Shown here: positions 60,663-64,000 of the stretch, in pieces
Layout of the letters: every line of letters begins with the position of its first letter
Position numbering within the stretch: the first letter of the stretch is position 1
From: an uncultured archaeon
GTDB taxonomy: Archaea > Asgardarchaeota > Thorarchaeia > Thorarchaeales > Thorarchaeaceae
Reading direction: 5' to 3'
Length of the DNA: 64,000 nucleotides
NCBI GenBank assembly: GCA_964558645.1
Contig: CAZLEV010000005.1
Coordinates: forward strand, 128,001 to 192,000
Made by a program: the position numbers and the translations under genes
Notes under the pieces: generated by a model
What the model was told of the DNA's origin: nothing
Seen by the model: the letters and a program-made list of their open reading frames with translations, nothing else
The model's database searches: none

Positions 60663-61802
60663 TTATTTCATGCGCCTCGGTTTCCCCTTCAGCAGACCAA
60701 GACCTTTCTTGCACTGCCATAAGACGTAGAAGACTCGCTTGTCACGCAGGACCTCTGGATCATATTGACTACGAAGATCTTCAAATTTCTGGATAAGCTC
60801 ATTGCGTCTCGAGCCGCTTGTATCTGACTTGACCTCATCCAAGAGCTGCTCAAAAGGTTCCATCACACGATCCAGCTCGGCGATGTCCCAGCGGATGATG
60901 GCTCCACTACCATCAGAGGTCAAGAATCCTCGCTCATTGTGAATCCATTCGATTCCGTCGATCTCGCTATCTGTTGTGGCTTCACCCTCTACTCTGCCGG
61001 TCTCGAGGTTCCACACGAAGAGGTTCTTGTTGGCAGACCCAGACACCAAGTACTTGTTATCCGTACTGAACACAACGGAACGTACCTCCCCTGAGTGCCC
61101 CCGTAAGACACATTTCTTCGTTAGCTCTTCTCCTGAGGAGTTCCAGACGATGATATCGTGATCGGAGGACCCGGAAGCCACGAGAGAACCATCAACGGAG
61201 AAGCGGACAACCTGCACAGCGGTTCGATGCTCTTCAATCCATTGCTTCTTCTCGCCGGTATTACCATCCCACAAGCCGATTGATGCATCAACGCTTGCCG
61301 ACACTATTTTCTCGTTCACCGGAGACCATTCGCAGCTCACTACGTAGAGGGAATGACCCTTCATCCTGTGTATCTTCTCTCGATCATCAACATCCCAGAT
61401 GATCATGGTTGTATCGCCGCTCCCAGAGAGCAGCTTGCTGCCATCGGGTGAGAAAGAAAGTGACAGGACTGGGTAAGTGTGTCCTTCTAGCCTGGCCAAG
61501 CATTCACCGGTTCGTATATCCCAAAGCTTCACCACACGATCGACGCCACCTGATGCGATGATGTCGCCACGCGGGCTGAAGGCGATGGATGTGCAGAGAA
61601 ACTCATCCTGAAGGCGCTGAATCTCTTCACCGTTAGAGACATCGTATAGCCGAATAGCACGGTCTTGAGTAGCTGAGGCAATCATGCGCCCAACCTTATT
61701 CATTGCGAATCTACGAGTGATATCGCCAGCTACCTCTGCAGGAGGTTTCAATACCTTAGGTCGCAGGAAAAGGGTAATCTCTGGTCCTTCCATCTGGTTC
61801 AC
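60663..61802 (-). CDS. WD40 repeat protein with helical C-terminal extension
   Basis: ~7 GH...WD repeats. Confidence 0.92.
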   Translation of the reverse strand: MNQMEGPEITLFLRPKVLKPPAEVAGDITRRFAMNKVGRMIASATQDRAIRLYDVSNGEEIQRLQDEFLCTSIAFSPRGDIIASGGVDRVVKLWDIRTGECLARLEGHTYPVLSLSFSPDGSKLLSGSGDTTMIIWDVDDREKIHRMKGHSLYVVSCEWSPVNEKIVSASVDASIGLWDGNTGEKKQWIEEHRTAVQVVRFSVDGSLVASGSSDHDIIVWNSSGEELTKKCVLRGHSGEVRSVVFSTDNKYLVSGSANKNLFVWNLETGRVEGEATTDSEIDGIEWIHNERGFLTSDGSGAIIRWDIAELDRVMEPFEQLLDEVKSDTSGSRRNELIQKFEDLRSQYDPEVLRDKRVFYVLWQCKKGLGLLKGKPRRMK

Positions 61803-61885
61803 CCTGAGAAGACTTGAGTTCTCGGCGAGATGTATTTGCTAAAAGTGTTATGAATCAAGAAGGCGCGTACATATTCAGAGACCTT

Positions 61886-62452
61886 CTACATCATGCCACC
61901 GTCTTCGAGAATCTTGATTGCCAGCTCCAAGAAAGAGGCCTCAACATTCTCTCCGGTCTTGGCAGAGGTCTCGATGAACGAAGATTGAACTCCCTGATTC
62001 CCAATGCTCTCGGCGAATGCCTGACCCTCCTCAGTTGTCACGATTGTCTGCTTCATGACAGGGTTGTCCTGGAACTGCTCCCTCAGGTCAATCTTGTTGC
62101 CTATGACCACGACAGGGATCTTCTTTCCTGCATTCTTCCAGCATTCATCAAGCCAGTTGGGCAGGTTCTCAAACGAGGCTCGTTCCACAGTAGAGTAGAC
62201 AGCAAGTGCGCCTTGAGCCCCTCGGTAGAACGTCGAACGGACGCTCTTGAAGTGCTCCTGGCCTGCAAGGTCCCAAATCTGGATACTCACATCGTGACCA
62301 CCCTCAAGGGACATCTTTTTCACGGCAAAGTCAGCACCAATAGTGATCATATAGCTCGCCCTGAAACCCTCGCCCATGTACGTTCTTCGTAGCGAGGTCT
62401 TCCCTACCGAGCCATCTCCCATGAGAACGATCTTGAACAACGCTGTAACCAT
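61886..62452 (-). CDS. Rab-like small GTPase
   Basis: GDGSVGKT, TIGADF, WDLAGQ, NKID, ETSAK. Confidence 0.95.
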   Translation of the reverse strand: MVTALFKIVLMGDGSVGKTSLRRTYMGEGFRASYMITIGADFAVKKMSLEGGHDVSIQIWDLAGQEHFKSVRSTFYRGAQGALAVYSTVERASFENLPNWLDECWKNAGKKIPVVVIGNKIDLREQFQDNPVMKQTIVTTEEGQAFAESIGNQGVQSSFIETSAKTGENVEASFLELAIKILEDGGMM

Positions 62453-62773
62453 TTTGTAACCACCCTGCGGCCTGTGAGGCTCAGAGCCGGCATCGGCCTA
62501 GTAGACCAGTTGGCCTAGGTAAGCTGGTACGACTATTTGACGTTTCCCCTACTAGATTCAACCAGTCAGTTTGATGTGGTGAGTCTTCTAACCTGCAATA
62601 AGAAGCTTCCTTGTTTCTTTTCACACAATAGTTTCGGCAACCAGCCACCTCTCGAGATGTTTATCCAATACAACGATGGTGTCGCGAAAATGTCAGAATT
62701 GTATGGGAGGAAGGTATGTTCTGAAGGTCAACAGAGGGATTACCTCTGAGCTCGTCACAGAGAGGAGAAATCG

Positions 62774-63040
62774 ATGGGTCGCACAGCACGAACATTCAGA
62801 GATGCTCTTGATATCGAAGAAAGACGCTGGGAAGAATTCAGACGCACCCTGAGGGCCTCACAGAGAGGACTCCTTGACAGGGTCTTTGAAAAGGCACGAC
62901 AGCACGCTGATGCAGGTTCCATGATTATCACCCCCCGAATCATGGAGGTTGTTCTTGTAGCGGCATTGATGGAATTGACGGCAGACCTTGAGCGACTAGA
63001 TGGTCGACTCTCCCAGCTTGAACAGCAGCTTGGAAAATGA
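62774..63040 (+). CDS. Small helical protein associated with PolB2
   Basis: MGRT..TFR......W..FRR.L motif; ATGA overlap with polymerase gene. Confidence 0.75.
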   Translation: MGRTARTFRDALDIEERRWEEFRRTLRASQRGLLDRVFEKARQHADAGSMIITPRIMEVVLVAALMELTADLERLDGRLSQLEQQLGK

Positions 63041-64000
63041 CGAAGATGAGAGAAATAGGATGGCTAATGGATGCCAGCATAGACACACAACAGCATGCTC
63101 TCACTCTGTGGATCAAGATCGGTGGTAAGACCCGGGGATACACCTATCACGACTTCAAGCCCTCGGTCTTTGTTTCCACCGATCTGTTGAAAGACGCTGA
63201 ATGGACCAAAGACAGAATCATAGGATTGGTGGAGGAACACCCTCTCGTTGTAGATTCGCAGGTGGTCCGGCGTTTCGTGGACGTATATGATGTTGAACCA
63301 CAAGAGGTCATTGAGGTGTTCTCATCCCCCGATTCGATTCGGGAGCTGGCCGAGGATCTGGAGAGGCTGCCAGGTGCAACGGTGTTCAACGCAGATATAG
63401 ATCCGATTCAGCAGTTCTTCATAACGCGAGAGATATTTCCCTTCGGACGAGTAGAGTTGCAATTCACCGAACAGACTGTCACCAACATCAGGTGTATCGA
63501 CAGTAGAGAGGCAGTTCAGTATGAGGTGCCATATCTCCGAGAGATTCGGATTGAGGTCTTTGTGGATACAGACAGGTTGTTTCCAAGATTGGAAGACCCG
63601 ATTCATCACATCGAGATAGAGAGCGACGGAGAGATCATCACCATAAAGGAGAGAAGCGAACGGGAAACCTTGGAGAGATTTCAGAGGACCATCGACGACA
63701 TAGACCCGGACATCATAGTGACACAGGGGGGTGACGAGGACCTGTTCCGCTATCTCACTATCAGATGCAGAGTCAATGATTTCGAGCTGGTTCTCTCCCG
63801 TGACGATACACCACTCCGGGTGCAATACCGTGAGCCGACCTCGTTCTGGCAATATAATAGAGTCGTGTACCGCTCCGGCAACCAAGTCATGTTCAACGGT
63901 AGAATGCATATCGATCGAACTGAAGGTTTCTCCTATTCCCCCTCGGGCATGGAAGGAATCATCGAGGGGTGTAGACTTGCATTTGCACAGCCTCAACGCG
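63037..64000 (+). CDS. polB2: Family B DNA polymerase, PolB2 type (5' part)
   Basis: Hand-translated GWLMDA..., FNADID, IFPF, DPDIIVT.GGD, SFWQYNRVVYR, GRMHID, GMEGIIE.CR; open to window end. Confidence 0.85.
   Translation, partial: MTKMREIGWLMDASIDTQQHALTLWIKIGGKTRGYTYHDFKPSVFVSTDLLKDAEWTKDRIIGLVEEHPLVVDSQVVRRFVDVYDVEPQEVIEVFSSPDSIRELAEDLERLPGATVFNADIDPIQQFFITREIFPFGRVELQFTEQTVTNIRCIDSREAVQYEVPYLREIRIEVFVDTDRLFPRLEDPIHHIEIESDGEIITIKERSERETLERFQRTIDDIDPDIIVTQGGDEDLFRYLTIRCRVNDFELVLSRDDTPLRVQYREPTSFWQYNRVVYRSGNQVMFNGRMHIDRTEGFSYSPSGMEGIIEGCRLAFAQPQR

Noticed and set aside
63322-63996. 224-aa minus-strand ORF
   Set aside because: Antisense to the PolB2 reading frame

Overview
Archaeal chromosomal window, most consistent with an Asgard archaeon of Thorarchaeota type. 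This is an inference from two Rab-like GTPases, a roadblock protein, a WD40 protein, an aEF-2 paralogue and many TTG/GTG starts. 1-9 kb is a defence-like island: PLD-helicase, small protein and SMC/DndD-like ATPase (PbeABC-like), an SRA-domain protein, and a membrane-anchored HEPN protein between 57-bp direct repeats. 9-28 kb holds mixed accessory genes (thiol-redox cluster, large surface proteins, ABC transporter, Fpg/Nei, aldo/keto reductase). 28-46.8 kb is the most striking part: an integrase-free tandem array of four 4-6 kb cargo blocks. Each block is delimited by a displaced copy of the last 10-13 codons of the adjacent nrdD gene (copies at 27958, 32174, 36498 and 40912; functional end at 46855). 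Two blocks are mosaic paralogous cassettes (variable partner, transglutaminase with constant N-terminus and variable C-terminus, NosD-like protein). One block is a secreted protein plus ABC exporter. One encodes a giant Ca-binding surface protein with a putative caspase-like domain. 46.8-64 kb is core-like: intein-containing class III RNR, redoxin, thymidylate synthase, Lrp, acetyltransferase, EF-2 paralogue, KaiC pair/thioredoxin/roadblock, Rab-WD40-Rab, and the start of the PolB2 operon. No rRNA, tRNA, CRISPR array, integrase or transposase was recognised. All assignments are from motif reading; no database searches were run.
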